Shown: in pieces, positions 18,819 through 29,413 of the stretch
Layout of the letters: every line of letters starts with the position of its first letter
How positions within the stretch are numbered: the first letter of the stretch is position 1
Translations under genes and position numbers: made by a program
IMG/VR virus record: IMGVR_UViG_3300021295_000001
Source of the DNA: a virus
Taxonomy: Duplodnaviria; Caudoviricetes
Length of the DNA stretch: 64,000 nt
Strand: one strand, 5' to 3'
The notes under the pieces: model-generated
Database searches by the model: none
What the model was told of the DNA's origin: nothing
The model's input: the letters and a program-made list of their open reading frames with translations, nothing else

Positions 18819-19510
18819 TTACGAAAGCCATAATCGAGGGGATGGGAGTAGGGACCAACAGGTTCTATGTGAGAATCCCCTATTTCGAATCCGCTGGCGA
18901 GGTTGAGCACGCCGTTTACGAAGCCACGTATTGCTATACGCCAGGAACGGTCGACACATTGAACGTGGGCGACGTCGTATTCGTCGGATTCGAGGACCAC
19001 TTCTCGGCGAAGCCAGTGATACTCGGCAAACTTTTCACGTTCGGCGATTACAAAGGAAACTCAGGCGCGACCTCGGTCTCGTCAATCGACGTGTCCACTA
19101 AAGCCACGCTACCGAAAGACACCACGATTGGGGGCATAACGGCCGACGGAATCGACGCCCTTTTCAGACGGGTCGGGCTCTTGGAGACGGAGCCGAAAAT
19201 TAAAAAGGCCACGTTCGTCATGGATTCGGAGTCGGAAAGAACGCTATCCGCGCAACTCACAGAGTTCATAAAAAATTTGGTGGGGAGCGAAGTGGATAGG
19301 ATAGTCGGGATAACGGCCTGTTTATTCAGCGCCAGGAATTCACGAACATGTTATTCGATATCCTTCAAATACCATTACGTGCCAGCGCCTCACCTAAGTT
19401 ACGACGGCGAGTATTTCTATTGCGAGAACGACGACGGCGCAGGTGCATGGTGTTCCGTAGAGGGGTCGCCTCTGGAGGGATACACGTTCGTCGTGTCGTA
19501 TATAGGATAA
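18815..19510 (+). CDS. Baseplate spike protein (gpV/gp5 OB-fold-like)
   Basis: VRIP..VGDVVFVGFED..PVILG. Confidence 0.65.
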   Translation: MITKAIIEGMGVGTNRFYVRIPYFESAGEVEHAVYEATYCYTPGTVDTLNVGDVVFVGFEDHFSAKPVILGKLFTFGDYKGNSGATSVSSIDVSTKATLPKDTTIGGITADGIDALFRRVGLLETEPKIKKATFVMDSESERTLSAQLTEFIKNLVGSEVDRIVGITACLFSARNSRTCYSISFKYHYVPAPHLSYDGEYFYCENDDGAGAWCSVEGSPLEGYTFVVSYIG

Positions 19511-19534
19511 CGAGAAACGGGTCCGATTATTCGC

Positions 19535-19576
19535 TATAAATTTATAAAAGTCAAACATGGCGCGTTTTGCTAAATT
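19535..19576 (+). promoter_or_regulatory. Palindrome TATAAATTTATA plus late promoter TGCTAAATT
   Basis: Palindrome at 19535-19546; motif at 19568-19576. Confidence 0.6.
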
Positions 19577-19600
19577 CATTGATTGCAAAGGAGGAGCATC

Positions 19601-19972
19601 TTGAACTCCATAAAGTATCCAGACATGTTCAATTCGTCCTCCACCAACGTGGCCCAAGGATTGGAGGCATCCAAGCAGGACCTCGTTTTGTTGCTGTCTT
19701 CCGAGAAGGGCGAATTGTTGGGCGACCCTTATTTCGGGGTCAAGGTCAAGAGATACTACTACGACCAAAACGATATAATAACAAGAGACCTCATAGCGGA
19801 TGAGATTTGGAGCCAACTGAGGGTGTTCGCACCGCAGTTGACCGTCCTGAGGGGCGACGTTAAGGTTTGGGGCGAAGGCAAGACGCTGTACGCCTCGGTA
19901 AAAGCGATAAACAACGTGGATTACACCACGAACATGTATCAGGTTAAACTGCTGGAAGGCGACGAAAGGTGA
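19601..19972 (+). CDS. Baseplate wedge protein (gp25-like)
   Basis: LLSSEKGELLGDPYFG; AAGGAGGAG RBS before TTG 19601. Confidence 0.85.
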   Translation: MNSIKYPDMFNSSSTNVAQGLEASKQDLVLLLSSEKGELLGDPYFGVKVKRYYYDQNDIITRDLIADEIWSQLRVFAPQLTVLRGDVKVWGEGKTLYASVKAINNVDYTTNMYQVKLLEGDER

Positions 19973-19976
19973 CTCG

Positions 19977-22900
19977 ATGATTAACGACAACGACATCAGA
20001 ATAAGCAACAAGTCCTACGTCAACAAGGATTTCGCTTCTATATACCCAGAACTTTTGGATTTGGTCAAGGACCTTACGTCCAAATGGGACCCAGAAACGT
20101 CCAATGAGAGCGACCCAGGCATCGTGCTCCTGAAGTTGATGGCGTTTTTGGGCGACAAGGTAAACTACAACATCGACAAGAACACGTTGGAATGCTTCAT
20201 GCCATCGGCCACGCAGGAATCCTCGATGAGGAACCTATGCGATACGCTGGGCTACGAAATGGGGTATTACAACGCGTCCCAAGCGTCGCTGACCTTCACG
20301 TACACTGGCGATGAGCCCGAGTTCAGGTTGCCACCGCTTTCCACGGTCGTTTCGACGGACGACGATTCGGTGTCATACGTTTTGATTGAAGGCCAGACAT
20401 TGCAGAAGGGCCAACCAGTTTCGGATTGCGACGCCTTGCAGGGCGAATTGGCGCAATTGCGCATATTGGACAGCACCAACACCGTCGTCACGATGGACAA
20501 CATAGACGACAGAAACAGGCTGTATTTCTCGGAACGCATGGTCGCCCAAAACGGCGTGTTCGTCACCAACAGGGACGGGGATGGCAGTTTTTGGAAGCGC
20601 GTAAGCAACCTAAACGTCGTCGCCCCGAACAGCAGGGTATTCAAATTCGGTTACGATTCCGAGAGAAGGTTGCCTTACATTGAGTTCCCCCAGGATTTGG
20701 CCAACGTGATAGGCTCTGGCCTCGAGGTTTCGTACATAAGGACGGACGGTGAGAACGGCGGAGTCAACGCCAGGTCGCTGACGAAGGTAAGTTCGGCACC
20801 CTCTGGTTTCGCGGGCTCCGTGATAAACTATCAGGCGTCTTATGGAGGCGCCGACCCCGAGACGGTCGATGACGCGTACAACGGTTTCAAGCGCACGGTC
20901 GGCACATTCAACACCCTCGTTTCATGCAGGGACTATTCCAATTACATAAAGGGGATGCTCGACGGCAACGGGAACCACAAGGTATCCAACGCCCAAGTGT
21001 CCGACAGACGGGACGACATCAATTACGGAACGCGCGTGTTGACGTTCACGGAAAACGGGATGGCGTCGGTAAACGTGGACTCGAACAGTATCACCGCCTT
21101 CGATTTGTGCCTCTACCCGCTGAACCCTTACAAAACGACTGGGTTGAAGGAATTCTCCAACTCATTCAAATCCTTGACATTCGGTAGCATACCGACCACC
21201 ATAACCGAGGACCTCGAATTCGATGACGCCAAGACCATTTCCCACGACTACAAGGTTTTGGACAAGGACAACGACATTTACCTGATAAAGAACTACGCTT
21301 CACTGAACGCTAAGATAGCGACGATAAAAAAGGTGAACGCCACTGAGCAGGCGGAGGTATTGAACAACGTGCTCAAGGCATTGGCCAACGTGTTCAACGC
21401 GAGCAAACTCGATTACGGAAGCGAGATACCGTTCGAAAAATTGGTCAGCGTCATGGAGAACGCCGACCCGAGAATAAGTTACGTGACGTTGGACGAGCCG
21501 AAACTCACGACGAAGTTCATGAACGGCAACAATGTCGAAACGCCACTCATAGACCCCCTGAACGCTTCCGCCGACAAGCCAGAATCTTATCTTCGTTGCC
21601 TGGCGAGCAATATCCTCGCTGGCAGGGTGGAACCTTTCGAATACGAAAACGAATTCAGAACCGAATTGGGCCAGCAAAACGGTTCGATAATCAAAAAAGC
21701 CTGCAAAATAACCACGCTTTCCAATATAACCATCCCTTCTGGCGAATCAAACAAGGTAGAATTGGCCGATAACGAAGTCGTCATTTTCGCCACGCCCGAT
21801 TTAGTCGATGAGATTTCATACACATACGGCGTCATGTTCGAATTGACGTTGAACGAGGTTAACGGCGTGGCACGCGAATACTCCGCCAACGAGGTATTGG
21901 AGTTGCAGAATGGCGAGTCCTTGGTGATAAATTACAAAAACGCCGACGGCAACGAATACACAAGGACGTATTCGGGCGGAACGATAATAAGGCCGTCATT
22001 CAATTCCTCTGACGTGGACAGAATGATACAGCGCGGGGATTATCACGTCCTCGGCTCGAAGGACAGCATCTCGATACTGACTCCGAACTCATACACATTA
22101 GAGAAGACGACGCATTGCTATTGGATAAGGAACAACGAAACTAACAACCTATTCCCCGAAGGCGCCGTCGACGGGCAGTTCGAGACAATGCTTTCCGAAG
22201 GCGAGTACTTCTTCTACGCGAACGACGATTTCACGAGCCTAATCACCCTCGGTAGCGGAACCGTCATCAAAACGACGCTCAACAACGACTGGTCGCTTGG
22301 CGCGAACTCAAAGACGAGCGTATCGAACATAGTGGAGCACGGCCTATCCGATTTGAGGTCCTCTTTCGTTGACGTAAGGTTCTCGAGCGAAGACCCAATG
22401 GGCATATCCGAGATGTCCGTGCTGACTCTGACCAGCGGAGATTCCGTGTGGGTCGAAGAAGGAAGCGCGTTGTCTTTGGTCCAAGATGGGAAAAACAAAC
22501 TCAAGCAATTGCCAGACGATTGCAAAATAGGTTTCAAGTTCGAGGGGGAATCCTATCCCTCTGGAACGATAAGTGGTGCACCCATCGCGGGGTTGCACTC
22601 CTTCGCATTGGCTAGGCTCGACCTGTCATGCGGACCCAGCACCGCGCAGAAATTGTCCAGCGGGCAATCGGTTACCATAACCTACATAGACCCCGAGAAC
22701 GGGAACGGCACCTCCGACGCGACGCTGTCTGGCGGAACTTCCTTCATGTGCAACACGGAACTCCAGCACGCGGGTGGCTCCGTAAACCTCATTGCCACGA
22801 ACCTGGCCACGGACGAACCTTATTACCCGATATCGTTCTATTCCTATGTCGTGTCGGATGGAAGGGACTTTTCGAAAGAGAGGAACCTGCGTGGCCTCGG

Positions 22901-23459
22901 GGAGAGAACATACAAAGAGGACAGCGTCACCGACGACACGTATGCCCTACCCAATTTGGACTTGGACGCAAGCAGCAAAGAACCAGCGTTGCTCATGATA
23001 TTCTGGGCCCCGAAGGTAGCGGACACAGAGTTGCCGATTCATGTCACTGGAACCGATGCCAAGGTTGGCAAACTCGAGGATTTCGCGGACGCCAACGATG
23101 GCTACGACTGCGACCCTGGAATGACCGTCCTCAATTTGGAGAACGCAGAAAGCATCTCGTTCACCCCCAAGGCGGGCAAGATTACGCTTGGATACCTCCG
23201 TTATTACTCTGGAGTCAACAGCCGACTCGGCATATCGCAAGCGCAATTCAACGATTCACTTTTCGGAATGATAAAGGGGATTTCCAACGGAACGTTCCAA
23301 TGGTCATTCGACGTGGCCAACGACGACGCCATAGAGGTAAGCGACCTTTCCGACCCGTTGGCGTTCTTCGACCCCAATAACATGGCCAGCAAGTTCACAC
23401 TCGAGGAAATAGACTTCTCCGAGTCCGACATCAGCATATTGAGGAGTTCCAAGGCATGA
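19977..23459 (+). CDS. Baseplate wedge protein (gp6/J-like) with long C-terminal extension
   Basis: YVNKDFASI..SDPGIVLL..GGADPET..LVSCRDY. Confidence 0.85.
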   Translation: MINDNDIRISNKSYVNKDFASIYPELLDLVKDLTSKWDPETSNESDPGIVLLKLMAFLGDKVNYNIDKNTLECFMPSATQESSMRNLCDTLGYEMGYYNASQASLTFTYTGDEPEFRLPPLSTVVSTDDDSVSYVLIEGQTLQKGQPVSDCDALQGELAQLRILDSTNTVVTMDNIDDRNRLYFSERMVAQNGVFVTNRDGDGSFWKRVSNLNVVAPNSRVFKFGYDSERRLPYIEFPQDLANVIGSGLEVSYIRTDGENGGVNARSLTKVSSAPSGFAGSVINYQASYGGADPETVDDAYNGFKRTVGTFNTLVSCRDYSNYIKGMLDGNGNHKVSNAQVSDRRDDINYGTRVLTFTENGMASVNVDSNSITAFDLCLYPLNPYKTTGLKEFSNSFKSLTFGSIPTTITEDLEFDDAKTISHDYKVLDKDNDIYLIKNYASLNAKIATIKKVNATEQAEVLNNVLKALANVFNASKLDYGSEIPFEKLVSVMENADPRISYVTLDEPKLTTKFMNGNNVETPLIDPLNASADKPESYLRCLASNILAGRVEPFEYENEFRTELGQQNGSIIKKACKITTLSNITIPSGESNKVELADNEVVIFATPDLVDEISYTYGVMFELTLNEVNGVAREYSANEVLELQNGESLVINYKNADGNEYTRTYSGGTIIRPSFNSSDVDRMIQRGDYHVLGSKDSISILTPNSYTLEKTTHCYWIRNNETNNLFPEGAVDGQFETMLSEGEYFFYANDDFTSLITLGSGTVIKTTLNNDWSLGANSKTSVSNIVEHGLSDLRSSFVDVRFSSEDPMGISEMSVLTLTSGDSVWVEEGSALSLVQDGKNKLKQLPDDCKIGFKFEGESYPSGTISGAPIAGLHSFALARLDLSCGPSTAQKLSSGQSVTITYIDPENGNGTSDATLSGGTSFMCNTELQHAGGSVNLIATNLATDEPYYPISFYSYVVSDGRDFSKERNLRGLGERTYKEDSVTDDTYALPNLDLDASSKEPALLMIFWAPKVADTELPIHVTGTDAKVGKLEDFADANDGYDCDPGMTVLNLENAESISFTPKAGKITLGYLRYYSGVNSRLGISQAQFNDSLFGMIKGISNGTFQWSFDVANDDAIEVSDLSDPLAFFDPNNMASKFTLEEIDFSESDISILRSSKA

Positions 23460-24136
23460 TTGACATCTATCAATCAACACCGAAAGCGTATTACAACGGC
23501 TCCAGGGACTTCCAGGCGCTCGCCAGGGTTTTGGAGATGCTTTCCAATTTCGGGAAGGTCGGCGCGGAATTGATTTCGAACACCGTGTTCGGCGGGATTG
23601 ACCCGACGATGCTGACCTTGCTCTCCAGAACGTTGGGATTCGAATCGAATCACCATTACAACGAATCCGAGTTCAAAGCGCTATGCTCGTCTTTCGTCGA
23701 CATAATGAGGTGGAAGGGGTCGCGCAAGGCTTTGGAGAAATCCGTGGAGATGTTCATGATGGCCAACCAATTGCCTGGCGAATACGACATATACCCGATA
23801 TCGACCCCCTCGGGCTTAGACAGAACCACATGGGAAGTCAGGTTGCCCGCCGAGGCGCGCAACGTAACGTTGCTGAACGACGTGCTGAGTTACGTGTTGC
23901 CCGCTGGGGTTTCCTACCGTTTCGTGTTTTATGAGAAGACGACCAAGCCAGAGAGCGTGTTGGTATCCGTGGGGCAAAGGAACGGCAACGAGGATGGGCC
24001 GACTGCAAATTTCGGCCAAGTCGCCAAAAAGGGAGTCAACGACGAAAGGCCGACGCTGGAGCAACCGATTCCAAAGGAATACGGCATAACGTTCCTCGGC
24101 TCGGTCGCTGGCAAGGATTCAAGTTCGGAGGAGTGA
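23456..24136 (+). CDS. Baseplate wedge protein (gp7/I-like)
   Basis: LLSRTLGF..RWKGS..VLPAG. Confidence 0.7.
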   Translation: MIDIYQSTPKAYYNGSRDFQALARVLEMLSNFGKVGAELISNTVFGGIDPTMLTLLSRTLGFESNHHYNESEFKALCSSFVDIMRWKGSRKALEKSVEMFMMANQLPGEYDIYPISTPSGLDRTTWEVRLPAEARNVTLLNDVLSYVLPAGVSYRFVFYEKTTKPESVLVSVGQRNGNEDGPTANFGQVAKKGVNDERPTLEQPIPKEYGITFLGSVAGKDSSSEE

Positions 24137-24137
24137 C

Positions 24138-24650
24138 ATGGGAAAAAGAAAATCGAAACCGAAGAGCGAGACCATATCGTATAATGGTTTCGTGACTTGT
24201 TCGGTCACAAAAGGAAACAAGGCCTCAAGAAGGTCGTATGGGAAAAACAACGGAACGTCCGACCTTTTCCAATTCATAACAGAATGCTTCAGCCGAACAT
24301 ACGACGCGTACGATTCCCCTTGGTACATCAGGGCATTCGACAGCGAGGGGTCCGTCGACGTGGAGCATGAGGTGACAACGGCCTCGTTCCCAGTCAGGGG
24401 AACCCCAGTCGTCGGCTCATTGCTCGATGGCGTCGGGAAATACGTCGAACTGACGTTCCTCATACCTGGGACCTCCGTGGTGGACGGCTCCTCCCTCAAA
24501 ACGGTGGCGTTGTACAGCACCAAAAACAAAGACAACAAGTCATCATACATGGCGTTCGCTGGCCTGAATCCCGTCATAGACTCATTGGAGTCTGGCGAGA
24601 ACGTGCTGGTGGTATGGAGATTGGAATTCAACAACGCCCAGAACGGGTAA
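24138..24650 (+). CDS. Hypothetical tail/baseplate protein
   Basis: Gene order; C-terminal LVVWRLEF. Confidence 0.45.
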   Translation: MGKRKSKPKSETISYNGFVTCSVTKGNKASRRSYGKNNGTSDLFQFITECFSRTYDAYDSPWYIRAFDSEGSVDVEHEVTTASFPVRGTPVVGSLLDGVGKYVELTFLIPGTSVVDGSSLKTVALYSTKNKDNKSSYMAFAGLNPVIDSLESGENVLVVWRLEFNNAQNG

Positions 24651-24672
24651 TTCGCAATAGGAGGATTGGACA

Positions 24673-26313
24673 ATGGCCAATTACATAAACAGCGACAGCA
24701 TAAAGGTGTTCCCCTCGGCATACAGGTCCGAGGCAACGGACAAGACTTCTTCCCTCACGACCGAGGCCAATCTTACTAGGTTGGCCGTTTCCTGTTCCGA
24801 CGAAGCGTCCTTCGCCAAATTCGACGGCGACAAGGTCATCCTTTGCATAGGCGGTTACACGTTCAGGACGACTTTCCAGGCATTGGTCGGCGCCGTCGCT
24901 CAGGGAGCCACCGACATATGGGCGTCGATAAGGGTCGACTCCGCAGACCCAGAGTTCCCCGCGTTGGCCAACTACGACGACGGCGGGATGACCTTGGACG
25001 AGGGCAACTTATTCAAAGGGTTGTACATAAGCGACGACGAGCCCGTTTCTGGGTACACGCACAAATTGCACGTCCTCCAAGAGGAATTGGGCGTTTGGGT
25101 AATACCCACGGAAGGCAAGGCGTTCATCAAAACGTCGTCCGTCAGCAACGTCATAACCGAAGGCTCTGGGGCCGAGGCGCACGACGTAGAGTATTCGATA
25201 AACGACAAGTTCGTCACCGCGGAGGCCACCATAGGGAATTTGTCCGTAGGCGATGCGGACATCGGCACAATAGGGGCCAACCAAATATACGCCTTCCATC
25301 CCTCCAACGGACTAATCGTCAACGGAATGACGACGATTGACAACGGCAACGGCAACGTGTCGTTGGACACCGATGGCTCCATTTCGTTCCAGAACTCTGG
25401 GTTTGTAATCACGAAATATAGCGATAACGTGATTACGCAATTCAATAATGAAGTGGAATTCAACTCCCCTTACATCAATTTCACCGACGAGGTCAAGGAG
25501 TTCACTTTGAGTGGTGATGGCGGTGCATCATTGGAGAGGGACCCGTTGCTTTTGAAGTTCGGTTACAGACTGATTGGGGCCCCTGGTGCGCAATTGCGTA
25601 CGCGTGGAACCATATTCAGAGGCATATTGGGAGCGGAGAACAAAGCCAACGATTACATAGTGTCGAACATAGAAGGCGACGTAAATGGCAAGTTATACGC
25701 ATTGAACTTGGTGCAGAGCCAAACCGCGAATCGCGTCCTTCTTTCCGATTCCGCAGACCCCTACATAAAATGGTCGTCTGGGAACGTAGGTTCCAGCACA
25801 AAACCGCTCTGCATTTCAGGCGGAGTTCTTTCGGAATGTACACAATACGCTGGCGGTACCAACCTTAAGGTAAACGGTACATCAAGAAGCGGGGAACAGT
25901 TTGATATATATGCGCCAACAAGCGCTGGAACGAATGGATACGTGGTTGTGAGCCGAGGGTCTGGTCAACCTTTGGACTACACGGATGCCTTGAGCGTGGC
26001 GTCCGTTTCCGCCAGGGGCCAGATTGAGGCCAACACGTTCAACTCCACTTCCGACCGAAGGCTCAAGGACAACATAGAGGACTATGCGCCAAGCAAATCA
26101 ATCCTCGACCTTCCGCTGAGGCAGTTCGACATGAAGTCGGATGGGAGCCATCACATAGGTTGCATCGCCCAGGAACTGAGGGAAATAGCCCCCGAATTGG
26201 TTCACGAAGGGGCCGACGGCTATCTTTCCATTGAGGAATCGAAGTTGGTTTACCTCCTCATCGACGAGGTGAAAAAACTAAAGGAAGAGGTCAAGTCCCT
26301 GAAAGGTGAGTGA
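24673..26313 (+). CDS. Tail fibre with C-terminal intramolecular chaperone (peptidase S74-like)
   Basis: TSDRRLKDNI..HIGCIAQEL..PELV plus terminal coiled coil. Confidence 0.85.
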   Translation: MANYINSDSIKVFPSAYRSEATDKTSSLTTEANLTRLAVSCSDEASFAKFDGDKVILCIGGYTFRTTFQALVGAVAQGATDIWASIRVDSADPEFPALANYDDGGMTLDEGNLFKGLYISDDEPVSGYTHKLHVLQEELGVWVIPTEGKAFIKTSSVSNVITEGSGAEAHDVEYSINDKFVTAEATIGNLSVGDADIGTIGANQIYAFHPSNGLIVNGMTTIDNGNGNVSLDTDGSISFQNSGFVITKYSDNVITQFNNEVEFNSPYINFTDEVKEFTLSGDGGASLERDPLLLKFGYRLIGAPGAQLRTRGTIFRGILGAENKANDYIVSNIEGDVNGKLYALNLVQSQTANRVLLSDSADPYIKWSSGNVGSSTKPLCISGGVLSECTQYAGGTNLKVNGTSRSGEQFDIYAPTSAGTNGYVVVSRGSGQPLDYTDALSVASVSARGQIEANTFNSTSDRRLKDNIEDYAPSKSILDLPLRQFDMKSDGSHHIGCIAQELREIAPELVHEGADGYLSIEESKLVYLLIDEVKKLKEEVKSLKGE

Positions 26314-26315
26314 CT

Positions 26316-27206
26316 ATGGGTAATTACTACGTAAAACATGGCACCTCGCGATTCGATGTAAATCCGATTGCCAACACGTACTCTGGTGGAAACGCCAACG
26401 CCCCTCGCGCAGAGCGGGCTATCGTGTCTTGGCAGGACGGTTACCTTGAATACCTCTTCACTGGTAGGAGAACCGTTGATGACAAAACTTTGCTAGTAAT
26501 GGCGGATGGGGCCCCCAACCATTGGACAGAGCACGACACAGCGCTTCAGGTCCCTTACAGTGCAAATGAAAACCCATTGTTCACCTCTGGGTGCAGATAT
26601 ACGGACCATTACGTTTCGACGATTACTGGCATACGCTCCCGCGTACGTTCAGTTTCAGGCGTGGTTCACCTAGATATAACCGATGTTCTTGTGCGTGGAA
26701 ACAAGGTGAAGTACACTAACTTCTTTTCGATTGTTGTCAGGTTGGCGAGAACGACAGGCGGTGGTTCTTATTCGGAATACTACGATTCTGGTAACGACAG
26801 ATGGGTTTCGGACCAAGACACTTGGCGCGCTTTCTCCTCGTTCAATCATGACTATATACTGGATGACAACCAGCACATAACAGGCCACACACTAAGTCTT
26901 GACAATGCCTCCTTCGTCGATTTCGTCCCCGAAGTTGGGAGGACCTACAAAATAGACGTTTACATAACGTTGAAGGAGCAGGACGAGGATGGTTTAGACA
27001 CAATAGGAACGTCGGTGTGCGAATTCGCGTTTTTGAAGGTTTCAAAAACGTACTACATATCGCAACGTTCATCCAATTCCACGTATCCGTTCTCAAACAA
27101 ATGGAAGGGAACACCTCCGTACAAAGGTGCCAACAGCCATTATTTCATGACGAATGATTTCTACGATAACGTCCACACCATACTGCCGATGTTCCAATTG
27201 ATATGA
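26316..27206 (+). CDS. Putative receptor-binding / fibre-tip protein
   Basis: Follows the fibre gene; beta-rich and aromatic; atypical codon usage. Confidence 0.45.
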   Translation: MGNYYVKHGTSRFDVNPIANTYSGGNANAPRAERAIVSWQDGYLEYLFTGRRTVDDKTLLVMADGAPNHWTEHDTALQVPYSANENPLFTSGCRYTDHYVSTITGIRSRVRSVSGVVHLDITDVLVRGNKVKYTNFFSIVVRLARTTGGGSYSEYYDSGNDRWVSDQDTWRAFSSFNHDYILDDNQHITGHTLSLDNASFVDFVPEVGRTYKIDVYITLKEQDEDGLDTIGTSVCEFAFLKVSKTYYISQRSSNSTYPFSNKWKGTPPYKGANSHYFMTNDFYDNVHTILPMFQLI

Positions 27207-27227
27207 CGGGCGCGGTATAATAACCGC

Positions 27228-27524
27228 ATGGAAAACATCATAACTTGCCCCCATTGCGGGGCCCAATACCTGCCAGAGGAGATACTTGTCTCGGACGACG
27301 TCCTGCGCAAAGGCGTCCACGCGACAAAGGACTCCCATGGCAGGATTATTTTCGTCGACGGAGACGTCGAGTGCGTGCCAGAGATGTACATATGCGACTT
27401 TTGCGACGAACCGTTCGCCGTGGAGGTGTCCCTATCGACGAAAGCCAAGCGGATAGACGGGTTCAATGAGGAGTGCTCCGTATCAATCCGTCGTATGGAA
27501 GAAAAAGAAGATAAGCATGATTAG
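27228..27524 (+). CDS. Zn-ribbon protein
   Basis: CPHC..CDFC; TATAAT 6 nt upstream of ATG. Confidence 0.6.
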   Translation: MENIITCPHCGAQYLPEEILVSDDVLRKGVHATKDSHGRIIFVDGDVECVPEMYICDFCDEPFAVEVSLSTKAKRIDGFNEECSVSIRRMEEKEDKHD

Positions 27525-29220
27525 GGTCGAGGAGAGGAGGAAGAGAAACCTAGGCGGAATCACCTCCCTCTTCGTCTATGGCGACCTCGACGACGATGCC
27601 ATGAAGACGCTCGGCGCCTTCGGGACGTATGCATATGACAAGAAGACGGGCGAGGTGGAGATGCCAATAACGGCGCTTTCCTACGTCTTGGACAACATGA
27701 CATGCTTCGACGACGTGTCGTTGTCCGTCATGGACGAACCAAGCGAATCGGCCAACAATTTCGACCCAGACGCATCCTCATACAAAACGAAGCCGTTCGA
27801 TTACCAGTTGGAGGGCATCTCGTTCGGCCTTTCGCACGACAGGTTCCTCCTCTTGGACGCCCCTGGGCTCGGCAAGAGCCTGCAGGTCATATGCCTGGCG
27901 GAGGAATTGCGAAGGAGGGAAGGGATAAAACACTGCCTAATCATCTGCGGTATCGCGTCCCTCAAGACGAACTGGGAACGCGAGATAGCCAAGCACAGCG
28001 ACCTCGGATGCAGGGTCATAGGCAAAAAGGTTTCCAGGAACGGGACGGTCAGTTGGGCCCCGTCACCGAAGCGCGTGGCCGAATTGAAGTCCCCCATAGA
28101 CGAGTTCTTCGTGATAATAAACGTCGAGATGCTGAGGAACGACGACGTGATAAAGGCGTTGTCATCTGGCGCGAACGAATACGGGATGATTGCCGTTGAT
28201 GAAATACATAGGGCCAAGGGATGGGCTTCAGACCAGGGGGAGAACCTCCTAAAACTGTCGGCCCCTCACATGGTCGCCATGACTGGCACGCTCATAACGA
28301 GCAACCCATTGGACGCCTACGTCCCGCTGGCTTGGATTGGCGTTGAGCCGAAGCGTAGCGTCACGAAGTTCAAGAACACGTTCTGCGTCATGGACGAGAG
28401 GACGCGTGGCAGAATATTGGCGTACAAGAACCTGGACGTGCTCCAAAACGAGGTCGAGTCGTGCTCCATAAGGAGGACGAAGGACATGCTGAACCTGCCA
28501 GACAGGACGTTCATAGACGAGCATCTGGACATGCCACCGAAGCAAGCGTCCCTTTACGAAGGACTCCTGAACGCCATAAGGGAGGACGGGTCGGACGAGG
28601 CGATAAGGGCCGTGTGCGACAAGGTCGAACTGAGCACGAACGGCATACTGTCCCTCATAGTGAGGCTGAAGCAGGCCACCACGTGCCCGTCCGTCCTAAC
28701 GTCGCAGGACGTGGGCTCCATAAAATTGGACAGGGCCGAGGAACTGGTGAGGGAAATCGTGGGAAACGGTGAGAAGGTCGTCGTGTTCAGCACGTTCAAG
28801 GAACCGATTAGGTGCCTTTCTGACAGGCTGTCGGACCTGAATCCGTTGGTCGGCACTGGCGATACGCCAGACGGCGACGTGTCGTTCAACATAGACGAAT
28901 TCCAACGGAACCCCAACAGGAAGGTGTTCCTCGGAACGGTGTCGAAAATGGGCACGGGCGTTACGCTTACCAGCGCGTCCTACATGGTGTTCGTCGACCA
29001 ACCGTGGACGGCGTCTGACTATTATCAGGCGTGCGACAGGATACACAGGATAGGGGCCAAACGGCCCGTGTTCGTTTACAACCTGCTGTGCGACGGGACC
29101 ATCGACGACAGGATTTCGGAGGTCATAAACGAGAAGCAGGCCATGTCCGACTACATAGTCGACGGGTCGTCCGATACCGAGGTCTTGGCCACTCTGGAAG
29201 GCTACGTGAGAGGGTTGTGA
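27517..29220 (+). CDS. SNF2-family helicase
   Basis: DAPGLGKS, DEIH, MTGT, QACDRIHRIG. Confidence 0.9.
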   Translation: MIRVEERRKRNLGGITSLFVYGDLDDDAMKTLGAFGTYAYDKKTGEVEMPITALSYVLDNMTCFDDVSLSVMDEPSESANNFDPDASSYKTKPFDYQLEGISFGLSHDRFLLLDAPGLGKSLQVICLAEELRRREGIKHCLIICGIASLKTNWEREIAKHSDLGCRVIGKKVSRNGTVSWAPSPKRVAELKSPIDEFFVIINVEMLRNDDVIKALSSGANEYGMIAVDEIHRAKGWASDQGENLLKLSAPHMVAMTGTLITSNPLDAYVPLAWIGVEPKRSVTKFKNTFCVMDERTRGRILAYKNLDVLQNEVESCSIRRTKDMLNLPDRTFIDEHLDMPPKQASLYEGLLNAIREDGSDEAIRAVCDKVELSTNGILSLIVRLKQATTCPSVLTSQDVGSIKLDRAEELVREIVGNGEKVVVFSTFKEPIRCLSDRLSDLNPLVGTGDTPDGDVSFNIDEFQRNPNRKVFLGTVSKMGTGVTLTSASYMVFVDQPWTASDYYQACDRIHRIGAKRPVFVYNLLCDGTIDDRISEVINEKQAMSDYIVDGSSDTEVLATLEGYVRGL

Positions 29221-29226
29221 CGCCCT

Positions 29227-29235
29227 TGCTAAATT
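29227..29235 (+). promoter_or_regulatory. Putative late promoter TGCTAAATT
   Basis: Upstream of the nrd cluster. Confidence 0.65.
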
Positions 29236-29263
29236 CATTGCTATTAGGAGAAGGAGAAATTCA

Positions 29264-29413
29264 ATGGGCAAAATAGAAGACGATGCCTACGCTTTGATTT
29301 CGTCTCTTGACGAAGACGAAATCATGGCCCTTTCCAAGGCCTTGGAGAAGGTCGAGGAGCAAGAGGAAAACGAGAAGATTAAGGCCAAAAACGCCAAGAG
29401 GAGCAAGAAATGA
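29264..29413 (+). CDS. 49-aa hypothetical protein (absent from the ORF track)
   Basis: AGGAGAAGGAG RBS; MGKIEDDAYALISSLDEDE..KRSKK; stop overlaps the next ATG. Confidence 0.65.
   Translation: MGKIEDDAYALISSLDEDEIMALSKALEKVEEQEENEKIKAKNAKRSKK

Noticed and set aside
24673-27206. Diversity-generating retroelement or invertible fibre cassette
   Set aside because: No reverse transcriptase, invertase, template/variable repeat pair or flanking inverted repeats seen in the window.
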